37,819 bases of DNA from an uncultured Candidatus Bathyarchaeia archaeon (GTDB lineage: Archaea > Thermoproteota > Bathyarchaeia > Bathyarchaeales > Bathyarchaeaceae): positions 1-37,819 of the forward strand of contig CAYFTS010000056.1 in NCBI GenBank assembly GCA_964346135.1, written 5' to 3'. Under the pieces are notes generated by a model, which was not told the DNA's origin, did not search any database, and saw only the letters and a program-made list of their open reading frames with translations. A program made the position numbers and the translations under genes. Positions within the stretch are counted from its first letter, which is position 1. The number at the start of each line of letters is the position of its first letter. Positions 8,086-17,731 of this stretch are shown one piece after another.

Positions 8086-9535
8086 GGAGGCAAAAGTTGT
8101 GTCACCTCTAATCTCCGAAGAAAGAAGGATAATGTGGGCAAAAAGGATTAAGGGTTTCTGGCAAGAATTTAGAAGGAAAAAGATTGGTGTAGTAGGCCTT
8201 TTCCTCTTGGCCTTGTTTGTAATAATGGCTGTTTTTGCGCCTTGGCTAACACCGTACCAACCTTTGGGTTCTGAGCGCGTAGCCACAGGGTTTGCGATGC
8301 CTCAATGGGTTAAAATCTTTCCTGGACTTCAAGACCTTCCGTCTACGCATAGCATGTCGCTTTATTGGGAGAAAGAGGAAGCGTCTGAATTCATAAAAGC
8401 ATGGGGACACAATGTTGTAGTACAATTCGAACCGGGAACGACAGAAACCGTGTATGTTGAGCTCGGCGCCAAAATCTCCTATCCGGAAGATTCCCCGCCA
8501 GACACGTTCTATATCACCTTCACTTGGGGTGCGGAACAAATCAAAGACATGGAGTACTTACTCAAACTGATCGTGGTTAATCCAAAGGGTGAATCTTACC
8601 TCCTATGGCTTCCACAAGGTTGGCAAACGAAAAGTAAGGGTGCGAGTGTTTATATTGACTCACATAATCCTCTCCTGATGGATAGATTAGGCCTCAAACG
8701 CGGCGAAGATAATCTAGCGAACATTGTCTTCTCAGAAAAAGGTGAATACAATTTCACTCTGCAGGTGGCGTTCAAGCCGCAGACAGAAAACGCAGAGGCC
8801 AAGATTACTTTCCAAGATACCACTCTCGTCACATTGGGAGGAGTACATGGCATTCTGGGTACCGATAACGAAGGAGTAGACATCTGGGCGCAGCTGGTGT
8901 ATGGAGCTAGAATCTCTTTAACGATAGGATTGCTGGCGGCTATTCTCGAAACGATCATAGGCATCACCGTGGGAGTTTTTGCAGGATACTTAGGCGGTCC
9001 TGTCGACGAAATTTTAATGCGAATAGTAGACATACTTCTTTCTTTACCCCTTCTGCCCTTACTGTTGGCTCTTGTAGCTTTGTTCGGAGCGAACGTGATG
9101 TACATAGTTCTCTTCGTGGCAATATTTGGCTGGCAAAGCTTATCAAGGATCGTCAGATCTCATGTTCTCTCTCTACGGGAGACCTCTTTTATCGAGTGTG
9201 CTCGAGCAGCTGGTGGCAGTAGGTTTTACATAATACTAAAACACATGATACCCAACGTTCTTCCCATTGCCTTTGCATCCATGGTGCTTAGTGTACCATC
9301 TGCGATCTTGTTTGAGGCCACGTTGAGTTTCTTGGGGTTTGGCGACCCCAGCGCACCTACTTGGGGAAGAATGCTTTCCTACGCCTTTGGAGCAGGTGGA
9401 TTCACCCATTTGCCAATAGCTTGGTGGTGGGTATTACCTCCCGGACTAGCAATAACTTTCCTCTGTTTGGCCTTCGTGTTTATGGGGCACGCAGTTGACG
9501 AGATTGTAAACCCAAGGTTGAGGAGGCGGCGGTGA
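8072..9535 (+). CDS. ABC transporter permease, OppC/DppC type, with a large extracytoplasmic insert after TM1
   Basis: Canonical OppC motifs: GILGTDNEGVDIWAQLVYGARISL, an EAA-like FIECARAAGGSRFYIILKHMIPN, and the C-terminal DEIVNPRLRRR. It overlaps the upstream permease by 14 nt. An alternative start is ATG 8132 (MWAKRIKGFW), which has an SD-like GAAGGA. Confidence 0.9.
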   Translation: MKEGREAKVVSPLISEERRIMWAKRIKGFWQEFRRKKIGVVGLFLLALFVIMAVFAPWLTPYQPLGSERVATGFAMPQWVKIFPGLQDLPSTHSMSLYWEKEEASEFIKAWGHNVVVQFEPGTTETVYVELGAKISYPEDSPPDTFYITFTWGAEQIKDMEYLLKLIVVNPKGESYLLWLPQGWQTKSKGASVYIDSHNPLLMDRLGLKRGEDNLANIVFSEKGEYNFTLQVAFKPQTENAEAKITFQDTTLVTLGGVHGILGTDNEGVDIWAQLVYGARISLTIGLLAAILETIIGITVGVFAGYLGGPVDEILMRIVDILLSLPLLPLLLALVALFGANVMYIVLFVAIFGWQSLSRIVRSHVLSLRETSFIECARAAGGSRFYIILKHMIPNVLPIAFASMVLSVPSAILFEATLSFLGFGDPSAPTWGRMLSYAFGAGGFTHLPIAWWWVLPPGLAITFLCLAFVFMGHAVDEIVNPRLRRRR

Positions 9536-10507
9536 ATGGAAAGGTTGTTAACTGTCGAGAACCTAAAGATGTACTATGAGACCATGAGAGGATACGTCAA
9601 GGCAGTGGACGATGTAAGCTTCACTGTGAATAAGGAGGAGGCTTTAGGACTCGCTGGCGAGTCCGGATGTGGAAAAACGAGTGCCGCATTAGCAATTTTG
9701 AGACTATTGCCTTGGAATGGTAAGATAATTGAAGGAAACGTCACATTAGCTGGTGAAAACCTCATAAAAATGAGCGACAAAGAACTTCGACAGAAGATTA
9801 GGTGGAAAAGGATTTCTATGGTATTTCAAGGAGCAATGAACGCCCTTCATCCAACTTACACAATTGGGCGTCAAATAGCGGAGCCGATACTTAAACATGA
9901 AGACGTTAGCAAGCGTGAAGCAATGGAACGAGCTGGGAAGCTTCTTGAACTTGTGGGGATTGAACCCGAAAAAACTGTTCGGTACCCATATGAACTCAGT
10001 GGCGGTATGAAACAGCGTGCCATTATAGCGATGGCTCTAGCCTGTAACCCCGACCTGATTATCGCAGATGAGCCGACTACTGCGTTAGATGTCATTGTGC
10101 AGGCTCAAGTGTTGAAGGTCATGGAAGACTTAAAGCGTAAGCTGAAACTTTCCTGGATACTAATATCACATGATCTCTCGATAATCGCTGAAACGTGTAC
10201 AAAGGTTGCGATTATGTACGCTGGAAAAATTGTGGAATACGGAGACGTAGTGCACATATTCAAAGAACGCTTGCATCCGTACACAGAAAAGTTAGTAACT
10301 GCTTTTCCAAGCGTGTTGGGACCCAAGAGAGAGCTTTCTTCTATACACGGCTTCCCGCCGGACCTTCTTGAACCCCCAGCTGGATGCAGGTTTAATCCGA
10401 GATGCCCACATGTTATGGAAATTTGCAGAACTGAAGAACCTTTACTTACCGATGTTGGCAAGAAACATCATGTGGCATGCCATCTGCACCACGGTGAAAA
10501 ATCTTGA
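9536..10507 (+). CDS. ABC transporter ATP-binding protein, OppD/DppD type
   Basis: Walker A GESGCGKT, ABC signature LSGGMKQR, Walker B LIIADEPTTALD, and H-loop ISHD. The C-terminal oligopeptide-transporter domain has a Cys/His cluster (GCRFNPRCPHVMEICR...HHVACHLH). Confidence 0.95.
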   Translation: MERLLTVENLKMYYETMRGYVKAVDDVSFTVNKEEALGLAGESGCGKTSAALAILRLLPWNGKIIEGNVTLAGENLIKMSDKELRQKIRWKRISMVFQGAMNALHPTYTIGRQIAEPILKHEDVSKREAMERAGKLLELVGIEPEKTVRYPYELSGGMKQRAIIAMALACNPDLIIADEPTTALDVIVQAQVLKVMEDLKRKLKLSWILISHDLSIIAETCTKVAIMYAGKIVEYGDVVHIFKERLHPYTEKLVTAFPSVLGPKRELSSIHGFPPDLLEPPAGCRFNPRCPHVMEICRTEEPLLTDVGKKHHVACHLHHGEKS

Positions 10508-11520
10508 AAGAAGATGTAACTATAGAAGTTCGAAACTTGGTGAAGTATTTCCCAGTGAAATTAGGGTTCTTCAAGACGCTAAGATCGAAAGAAATGTTGT
10601 ATGTTCACGCTGTTGATGACGTGAGCTTCAAAATCAAAACTGGCGAAATATTTGGGCTTGTAGGCGAAAGCGGATGCGGAAAAACTACAACTGGAAGATG
10701 TTTGCTTCGACTGATCGAACCTACCCAAGGTGAAGTGATCTTCAAAGGCGTAGACATAATATCCCTCTCCCTAGAACATGACGTAAGAAGACTACGACGG
10801 AAAATGCAAGTAATATTTCAGGACCCATATGAATCTCTAAATCCGAGAATGAACGTTCTGGACATAATAGCGGAACCATTGCGAATTCAAAAAGTCACTA
10901 AAAGTGAGAGGGAGGTCAATGAGAAAGTAGCCGAAGCCTTGGAGGATTTGGATTTAGTTCCGCCTGATGAGTTTCTGTATAGGGTTCCCCACGAACTTAG
11001 CGGTGGCCAGAGACAGAGAATTGCCATAGCCCGAGCCTTTGTGCTCAAACCTGAGTTTCTAGTTGCAGATGAACCTGTATCGATGCTTGACGCGTCCATC
11101 AGAAGCGAAGTTCTAAAACTTCTCTTGGATCTGCAACAAAGATTTCACACTTCGATTCTCTATATAACACATGACATAGCTTTAGCTCGGCATTTGTGCG
11201 ACCGCGTCGCGGTCATGTATTTGGGTAAGATTGTAGAGAAAGGGGTTACGGAGGAACTAATTCAAAAACCGATGCACCCATACACTAAGGCATTAATAGC
11301 CGCTGTGCCAGTTCCCGACCCAACAGCAAGGCGGATTAGTGTTGTGATCGGGGGAGAAGTTCCAAGCGCCATTAGCCCACCCCAAGGATGCCGATTCAAT
11401 ACGCGGTGTCCTCACGTCATGGGGATTTGCCGAAAGAAAGAACCGCAACTTACTGAACTCGACCAGCGCAGACATGTAGCATGCCACTTGCATACTAGCT
11501 CAAAGGTTTCAAAAACATGA
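10504..11520 (+). CDS. ABC transporter ATP-binding protein, OppF/DppF type
   Basis: Walker A GESGCGKTT, signature LSGGQRQR, Walker B FLVADEPVSMLD, and H-loop ITHD. The C-terminal domain has GCRFNTRCPHVMGICR...RHVACHLH. A 4-nt overlap with the upstream ATPase gene indicates translational coupling. Confidence 0.95.
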   Translation: MKEDVTIEVRNLVKYFPVKLGFFKTLRSKEMLYVHAVDDVSFKIKTGEIFGLVGESGCGKTTTGRCLLRLIEPTQGEVIFKGVDIISLSLEHDVRRLRRKMQVIFQDPYESLNPRMNVLDIIAEPLRIQKVTKSEREVNEKVAEALEDLDLVPPDEFLYRVPHELSGGQRQRIAIARAFVLKPEFLVADEPVSMLDASIRSEVLKLLLDLQQRFHTSILYITHDIALARHLCDRVAVMYLGKIVEKGVTEELIQKPMHPYTKALIAAVPVPDPTARRISVVIGGEVPSAISPPQGCRFNTRCPHVMGICRKKEPQLTELDQRRHVACHLHTSSKVSKT

Positions 11521-11565
11521 GAAGAATGTATCTTCTTTACTTCTTAATCTTTTGAGGGCTCACTC

Positions 11566-12057
11566 ATGGCTCTAAATGCAAGACGAATCATAATAATAGC
11601 TTTCATATTAACTACTGTAGTTTTCAATGTCATCACCGTTTACACTGCAGGAGTTTACTTCCGAGCATATGCTGGAGTGAGGAATTTTAACGTTAGCATC
11701 CAGGAGTTCAAGGCCAACATCTTCAATGCATCTTACGCATCAACAGAGACCATTTTGACCATCCGTAATCCTTCACAATGCATGTTTGAGGCATTGTACA
11801 TCGTAGAACGACTAGAACTCGAAGGTCAATTCATATCAGTTGATGGTATGTATATGTGGACGAAGCCTCTGCAGATACCTCCACAGTCGAACATCACTGT
11901 GACACTCGAGCAGAATATTCACTATGATCGCATACAATACGTGCGATCTCGACTAGAGGAATATTGGCTTATGGAGATCCGAATGTTGTTGAATGGGCCT
12001 CTCGTCGGAACCTTCATGTACAACTCGTTGTTCACGACTAAGATAACCAATATTTAA
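11566..12057 (+). CDS. Hypothetical single-pass membrane protein
   Basis: ORF with an N-terminal TM segment (RRIIIIAFILTTVVFNVITVYTAGVYF) followed by a probably beta-rich ectodomain carrying several NxS/T sequons. I recognised no family with confidence; a LEA14/WHy-like fold is only a guess. Confidence 0.45.
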   Translation: MALNARRIIIIAFILTTVVFNVITVYTAGVYFRAYAGVRNFNVSIQEFKANIFNASYASTETILTIRNPSQCMFEALYIVERLELEGQFISVDGMYMWTKPLQIPPQSNITVTLEQNIHYDRIQYVRSRLEEYWLMEIRMLLNGPLVGTFMYNSLFTTKITNI

Positions 12058-12071
12058 ATAGAAAGCATCAT

Positions 12072-12953
12072 ATGAGCTCAAAGGAATGTTTGGCCAACAT
12101 GGGGGAGTTCCACGTGAACTCTAACATTAAAAAAAGGAAATACCCTCATAGTACTAGCAGATTCTACCTCAGCGCTCTGACCGCTCTGTTGTCCGTGATT
12201 TTGGCACTTCTACTATTGCAGGATTCCATCTTGTCGCTATATTACTTCGTCTCCACGTTGCTTATGACAATAATCACCTTCATATTGAGGACCCGCCTAT
12301 TCTCCGCTGGAACACCAAAGCACTCAGAAAAGGAATTGTTTGAAACTGAAAAAAGCGATTCAACATTTGGAATGTTGATACTCATGCTTTTTGCGCTACT
12401 TGCATTTGTGGTTATTCCAATTCTCCTGGTAAGGGTGTTAGATCCGTATACTTGGTTTATACTCATAATCAGCCTCACGTCAGGAGTTAGCATCGCGGAG
12501 GTACTCTTCTATCTCAACATAAAGAGATCTGGTTTAAAAGTAATGAGAAGATTAAAGATGCGCCGTTCGATGTGGGTTCTATTTTTGTTAGGTGCTTCAA
12601 GTCTTAACTACGCCAGCGTCTCCTTGCTAGTCATCGTTTGGAGGCTCGATATCTTCTATTATTTGCCTATGGTTTTCATCATCAGTTGCATGATCGGCGC
12701 CCTGGTGGTAGACATCACAAAGTCTATTATTTACACATATACCTGTATGATCATAGGTTACATGATAACAATCGCAACATTTTTGCTCCCCTACGTAATA
12801 TTTGCGGAGAGCGTTGAAAGAATTAACCTAGCCATCATCGCAGTTCTCAATACCATAGTAAAGGTTTTCTTCATTAGTGCAATCGTATACTTCTTAGGCG
12901 CGATAGTGGGATGCTTCTTGGGCGAGAAGTCACTGGAACAGACTCAGATATAA
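12072..12953 (+). CDS. Hypothetical polytopic membrane protein
   Basis: A 293-aa ORF with at least 6 long hydrophobic segments. No recognisable catalytic motif. The start codon is uncertain. Confidence 0.45.
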   Translation: MSSKECLANMGEFHVNSNIKKRKYPHSTSRFYLSALTALLSVILALLLLQDSILSLYYFVSTLLMTIITFILRTRLFSAGTPKHSEKELFETEKSDSTFGMLILMLFALLAFVVIPILLVRVLDPYTWFILIISLTSGVSIAEVLFYLNIKRSGLKVMRRLKMRRSMWVLFLLGASSLNYASVSLLVIVWRLDIFYYLPMVFIISCMIGALVVDITKSIIYTYTCMIIGYMITIATFLLPYVIFAESVERINLAIIAVLNTIVKVFFISAIVYFLGAIVGCFLGEKSLEQTQI

Positions 12954-13469
12954 CACACAGCCACATGACCAAATCGCATTAGTTCAACACTCCTATGATT
13001 TTGCGCATCAACTTCAACCGAAAATTGAATAAACCGCTAAGCAATCTGAAGAACAAAACACCAAATGATATGCGTTTGCATGCATGCATGCATTCGATAC
13101 TGAAAATATCGAAATTCCTCCATGGGGATTATTGATTTTGCGTTGCACCAGTATTCAAATACCGCCCTGTCCTTGTAGAGTAAGGTCTCCAAATATTGAG
13201 TTTTTTAGTGAGTTACTCTGTTGTGAAGAACTAGATGGTGGTTGGGGTGCACAACTTGGACAGGATCAATTTGGATACATTTCAACCGTTTAATTGCATC
13301 TAAGGTTCCGTTTTTTCCTTCGCCTTGATGGAATCCCTGCTTAGCGATGAGAACCTTCTGGCAGTCTCCTTTGTAATTATCCTTAGACCCATGATTTGCC
13401 CTTTTCAGTTTTTGCGGTTGCTTTTTAGAGCTAAATTTGTTGTCGTGGCGCCTATGGGTGTAACATTTG

Positions 13470-13940
13470 TTAAGGTCCCATTGCTAAACCTTTCTTAAGT
13501 ATGGCTTCCATAATTTTATGGTGCTTCTTCTCATCGTCAGCTATGTGTTGAAGTAACAGTTCCAAAGCATCGTCGTCGGTCTTTTCTATTGCGTCTTCGA
13601 CATGACGCAACATGTTCTTTTCAATTCGCATGTGATCTTCCAACGTCTTTTTCGCGAGTATGACATCAGTGTAACTGTGTATTTTTGTGTCCCAAAGTGT
13701 TCGTTTAAGCGCATCCAAATGTGTTTTCGAGTCTCTTTCTGTCTTTTTCTGTTTCATCAAATCCAACACTGTCTGTAGAATCTTGGCGTGTTTCTCAGTG
13801 TCAAACCGCAATTCAGCCAAAAACAGTTTCGCAGCCAAGTTCACAGTGTCCTTTTCTAATTTCTTGATCTTTCTTGCAGTGTTTTTTTCCAACTTGATTT
13901 GAGTTCGAACTAAATTAGCAAAATCTTTTTCAGACTTCAT
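13470..13940 (-). CDS. Hypothetical all-helical protein with an internally duplicated EKxH motif (possibly a ferritin-like four-helix bundle)
   Basis: A 156-aa charged helical ORF. Two similar segments are DTEKHAKILQTVLDL and DDEKKHHKIMEAILKK. The diiron-type ExxH pattern is exact in only the second copy, so the functional call is weak. Confidence 0.45.
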   Translation of the reverse strand: MKSEKDFANLVRTQIKLEKNTARKIKKLEKDTVNLAAKLFLAELRFDTEKHAKILQTVLDLMKQKKTERDSKTHLDALKRTLWDTKIHSYTDVILAKKTLEDHMRIEKNMLRHVEDAIEKTDDDALELLLQHIADDEKKHHKIMEAILKKGLAMGP

Positions 13941-14126
13941 TTTCCATCAGTTCCTTCAACAATATCACATCCTGCGAGTCTGCCTATAAAAATTATGTGT
14001 GCGCAAAAAATGCCTTCGTTTGGACGTGCATATTAGTCGTTATGTGGTCGAAGAAAGTTATTACCATGCGGTGATCAACGTGGCAATGACTGCAAGAGCG
14101 TTAGTATCTAGAGAGTGAAAGAAAAG

Positions 14127-15404
14127 TTAGCGCCTAAGAAACTCGATAAGTTTTGGCATCAGTTCTGTTCCATTTTCTAAAACGCCTAGGCTTCCTTTTT
14201 TGCATTCTCTCTCAGAAAACCCGCCAACTTCATCGCCCTTAACGTTGCCCCCTGCTATGAGTACAGGGACGGGATCATCACTGTGAGTCTTTAGTTTGCA
14301 TGGTGTTGAATGATCCGCTGTGACGCAAATGACGTGGTTTTCTAGTTTGATTTTTGGCAGCAGTTTTCCAAAAAAGTGTTTGTCAATAATGGTGATAAGT
14401 TTTTTCTTAAGGTCAACTTTGCCATCGTGACCTGGTTCGTCTGGTCCTTTTATGTGTATGTAGAAGCAGTCGAAGAGAGGTAATGCGTCGAATAGTTTCT
14501 TCAATCTGAAGGTGCAGTCTTTTTCAAGGTCGTGGGTTGGAGTGGGGAGTTCTATTACATGCATGCCAGCGAGTTTAGATATTCCTACTTCAATAGGCAT
14601 GTCGGCTAGACAGGCGAAACGAACGTTGTATCTGTCGTTTATGTTGAAGAATTTGGGTAGAATATGTCCTGCGTCCCTAGTGAGTATGAGGTTTGCTCTT
14701 AATTTTCCTTCAGGAACACGTTTTTTGTTTACTTCATGACTATCCATAACCTGATGGCTTTTCTGAACGAACTCGTTGACGAGTTCTGCGGAAATCTTTG
14801 CTTCTTCAGTGTCTACCATAGGCTCGCTTTTTTTTAAGATCATTTCAACTTGAATTTTTGCCACGCCGATTCCGTCTAGCTTGGAATACGCTGGATCAGT
14901 GTTTGTAATTTTGCTTGAAAGAGGCTTTTCCTTGCTACGTATGACTAAAGCTCCTCTATGACTTACGGTGTTTCTAAATTCAAAATCCACGGAGTACGAT
15001 GCCAATTTCACTTGGTTATTTATGGCTTTGCTTAGCGCTGTCGCCTCTTTTGTAGTTAAGTCTCTGCCTGCTCTTCGGTCAACAATTTTGTTTTCCTGCC
15101 CTATTGTTGCGAAGTTACATCTCAAAGCTAAGTCGCCTTCTTCAACGGTTAGACCAGCGCCAACAGCTTCAAGGACGCCTCTTCCCGTGGAATATTTGAA
15201 GGGGTCGTATCCTAAAATTGAGATAACTGCCACATCGCTTTCAGGCGCTATCCCCTTTCCTACCGTGTACATGAGTCCTGTTTTTCCATTTTTTGCTAGG
15301 AAGTCCATGTTAGGAGTTTCCGCAGCTTCTAGCGGAGTTTTGTTTCCCAGTTCTTCGGTCGGAAGGTCGCCCATACCGTCTATGACTACGTAAATCAGCT
15401 TCAA
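14127..15404 (-). CDS. apgM: 2,3-bisphosphoglycerate-independent phosphoglycerate mutase, archaeal ApgM type
   Basis: The N-terminus KLIYVVIDGMGDLP...LEAAETPNMDFLAKNGKTGLM and the C-terminal region VTADHSTPC...HSDDPVPVLI are characteristic of the archaeal cofactor-independent PGM/metalloenzyme superfamily. The TTG start at 15402-15404 is required to keep the conserved DGMGD motif. Confidence 0.9.
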   Translation of the reverse strand: MKLIYVVIDGMGDLPTEELGNKTPLEAAETPNMDFLAKNGKTGLMYTVGKGIAPESDVAVISILGYDPFKYSTGRGVLEAVGAGLTVEEGDLALRCNFATIGQENKIVDRRAGRDLTTKEATALSKAINNQVKLASYSVDFEFRNTVSHRGALVIRSKEKPLSSKITNTDPAYSKLDGIGVAKIQVEMILKKSEPMVDTEEAKISAELVNEFVQKSHQVMDSHEVNKKRVPEGKLRANLILTRDAGHILPKFFNINDRYNVRFACLADMPIEVGISKLAGMHVIELPTPTHDLEKDCTFRLKKLFDALPLFDCFYIHIKGPDEPGHDGKVDLKKKLITIIDKHFFGKLLPKIKLENHVICVTADHSTPCKLKTHSDDPVPVLIAGGNVKGDEVGGFSERECKKGSLGVLENGTELMPKLIEFLRR

Positions 15405-15480
15405 CCGTCAATGTCTCCGTCAAGTTTGGTTACGAAATACGTTATTTGCCTAAATAAGGAATGCGCGCGCCTGAACAAAA

Positions 15481-15487
15481 TTTATAT
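15481..15487 (+). promoter_or_regulatory. TATA-box-like element upstream of the saccharopine-dehydrogenase-family gene
   Basis: TTTATAT lies 28 nt upstream of ATG 15515 and 40 nt upstream of ATG 15527, within the divergent apgM intergenic region. Confidence 0.35.
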
Positions 15488-15514
15488 GTTTGGGTCGTTG
15501 ACGACAAGTAGATT

Positions 15515-16726
15515 ATGGTGAGGAAAATGTCGAAAATACTGGTTTTGGGATCTGGCGCTCAGGGGATAGTAACTGTTATGTGGTTGATTAAGGATCCAGA
15601 AGTCTCCGAAGTAAGACTCGCTGACATGGATTTGGAAAAAACCAAGAAGTTTACAAACAAATTAAAGAGTGATAAAGTGCGCCCCCAACGTGTTGACGCA
15701 TGGAAGTCCAAAGAACTACTTGAAGCTACAAAAGGAGTGGACGTAGTAATAAATTCAATAGCGGCGTGGGTTGGCGGTCGTAGTCCTACCTTAGATGTAA
15801 TGGACGCCGCTTTGAAAAACGGAGCACACTACCTTGATGTAGATACTTCTATAACAGCAGAGAAAGATAAAATGCTTGGACTCAACGACAAGTGGAAGGA
15901 TGCTGGATTAAGTGCTATATTTGACCTAGGGAAATGTCCGGGAATTTCCCACATACTTGCAAAGTATGCTGCAGATAAGCTTGACCAAGTGGAGGAAATA
16001 CGTATAAAATCATGTTTAGAGGTAATGAGCGAAAAAGAATTTCTGGTGTTGTGGGCACCGGTACCTGCAGTACTGGGATGGAGGTCAGAAGGTGGATTAG
16101 TGTATGAAAACGGCGTATACAAAGAACTTCCACCATTTTCTGGAGCGGAAGACTACCAGTTCCCCAACAACCCTTTGGGTTCTTGTACTGGTTACCTAGT
16201 CGATCATGAAGAAGTCCGAATGTTGTCACGTTTCATTAAAGGTGTACAGCACGTGGAATTCAAGTTTTTCTCTCATAGAATGCCAATTTTCAGAACCTTG
16301 AGTTTGCTTTTTAGAGAAGACAAAACAATTAATGTCAAGGGTGTTGAAATGGCTTCTACAGATATTTTCAAAGCTTTGGTTCCGCCACCAGGGGAGTTCC
16401 CTGAGAAAGTTGAAGCTGGATTAGTGGATGATGCCTACTCTTGTCCTGTAGTGGAGGTTACGGGAGAAAAAGCAGGTGTGAAGACACGCTACACCCTTAG
16501 TTGTCCTTTGAGTCTCCATGAAGCTAACAAGATACTGCCCAGTTCGCAACCTCTGTCCATTCAAGTCGGTACGCCTCCTGCGGTCGTAGCTAATATGCTA
16601 ATCAAGGGAGAAATCAAACTTAGAGGAGTTATGCCTCCTGTGTGTTTGAATCCGGAGCCGTTATTATCTAGATTTGCCGAGATGGGCATAGGGACATATG
16701 AAAAAGTGGAAAGGTACATAGCCTAG
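15515..16726 (+). CDS. Saccharopine dehydrogenase-family NAD(P)-binding oxidoreductase
   Basis: Rossmann motif KILVLGSGAQG immediately at the N-terminus. Size and layout (about 400 aa, with YLDV... and CPGISH segments) match the saccharopine dehydrogenase / homospermidine-synthase-like family. The start may be ATG 15527 (MSKILVLG), which is preceded by GGTGAGG. Confidence 0.75.
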   Translation: MVRKMSKILVLGSGAQGIVTVMWLIKDPEVSEVRLADMDLEKTKKFTNKLKSDKVRPQRVDAWKSKELLEATKGVDVVINSIAAWVGGRSPTLDVMDAALKNGAHYLDVDTSITAEKDKMLGLNDKWKDAGLSAIFDLGKCPGISHILAKYAADKLDQVEEIRIKSCLEVMSEKEFLVLWAPVPAVLGWRSEGGLVYENGVYKELPPFSGAEDYQFPNNPLGSCTGYLVDHEEVRMLSRFIKGVQHVEFKFFSHRMPIFRTLSLLFREDKTINVKGVEMASTDIFKALVPPPGEFPEKVEAGLVDDAYSCPVVEVTGEKAGVKTRYTLSCPLSLHEANKILPSSQPLSIQVGTPPAVVANMLIKGEIKLRGVMPPVCLNPEPLLSRFAEMGIGTYEKVERYIA

Positions 16727-16768
16727 CCCTATGTCTGTCCATGGGCGGTTCGGTTGCCTCCGCCTAAC

Positions 16769-17092
16769 TCAGGCTATAAGAGTCATTACGTTTGTGGAAA
16801 GCGTAGCAGGATCTATCACAAGCATAAATTCTTGATCGATTTTTGTCCACTCTTCGTCTTTCGATAGCCTCGCGTAAAACTTTTCACAGTCTGCCAGATT
16901 ATCAAACTCTGCCATTTCGACATATGCGCCGGCTGTACCACCGTAAGTTTGTGTGAAGAGTTTCGTTGATTTCAGTTCTCTAGTTTTATCTGGATTCTCT
17001 TTTATGTATCTAAGGAATTTCCGCCATATTGGCATGAACTCCTCTTGTTTTTCTGATTTGACGACCCAAGTATTCATTAAGCAAATGGTCAT
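16769..17092 (-). CDS. Small hypothetical protein (possibly a dimeric alpha/beta-barrel, ABM/EthD-like)
   Basis: A 107-aa ORF of compact globular composition (WVVKSEKQEEFMPIWRKFLRYIKENP...AYVEMAEFDNLADCEKFYARL). The fold assignment is a guess from sequence pattern only. Confidence 0.4.
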   Translation of the reverse strand: MTICLMNTWVVKSEKQEEFMPIWRKFLRYIKENPDKTRELKSTKLFTQTYGGTAGAYVEMAEFDNLADCEKFYARLSKDEEWTKIDQEFMLVIDPATLSTNVMTLIA

Positions 17093-17389
17093 TTTCTCAA
17101 CTTCCTTTAGTCTTTTATGTTATTTCAAGATATTTTAATAATTTGAGCATCCATGCATGCAACCTGATAGACTAGTTTATTAATATAGAATTTTTCCTAT
17201 CCTTAATAATTTACGGCACCACTTTTTTAACATTAGAGGTAAACCCGTTCTTACATTAGAAAGGTTAAAGACTACTGTTTTCGTTGAGAATCAAGCACAG
17301 TAAATATTTATTCTGGAACCCCAATTGACAACAAGACTTAAATAAATAGGAAGGTGTCGTACTAGGAATAATTGAGTAGGTGAAATTGC

Positions 17390-17569
17390 ATGACCACTGA
17401 AGGCAAAGGAAGATTGTTCCGAAGGAAAGATGGGAAATATCTTATCTATATCCCTCTAGCACTCGCAACAGACTCTCAGTTTCCATTCAAAACGGGGACC
17501 TCTGTTAAAGTTAAAGTGAGCTTCAAAATTGGAGACGACAAAATCATCATAGAAAAACTTAGATCTTAA
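17390..17569 (+). CDS. Small 59-aa ORF, possibly an AbrB/SpoVT-like swapped-hairpin DNA-binding protein
   Basis: Below the length cut-off of the ORF track. ATG 17390 to TAA 17567-17569 translates as MTTEGKGRLFRRKDGKYLIYIPLALATDSQFPFKTGTSVKVKVSFKIGDDKIIIEKLRS. The pattern (basic N-terminus, IYIPLAL, G-x-V-K-V, DDKIIIEK) resembles AbrB-type domains. It lies upstream of the MttB-family gene. Confidence 0.35.
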   Translation: MTTEGKGRLFRRKDGKYLIYIPLALATDSQFPFKTGTSVKVKVSFKIGDDKIIIEKLRS

Positions 17570-17731
17570 TTTCCCTTTGAGTTTTTGAAGCAACCAACTG
17601 GAAAAGTGGTAAAGGATAACACCATGGAATTCTCTAAATAGGGTTAACCATTAATGGTGGTTATGAGCCTATTATGCAAAAATGTTTTTCCGTTTATTAT
17701 TGAATCTTGTAATTGGATTAGGGTATGAGAT

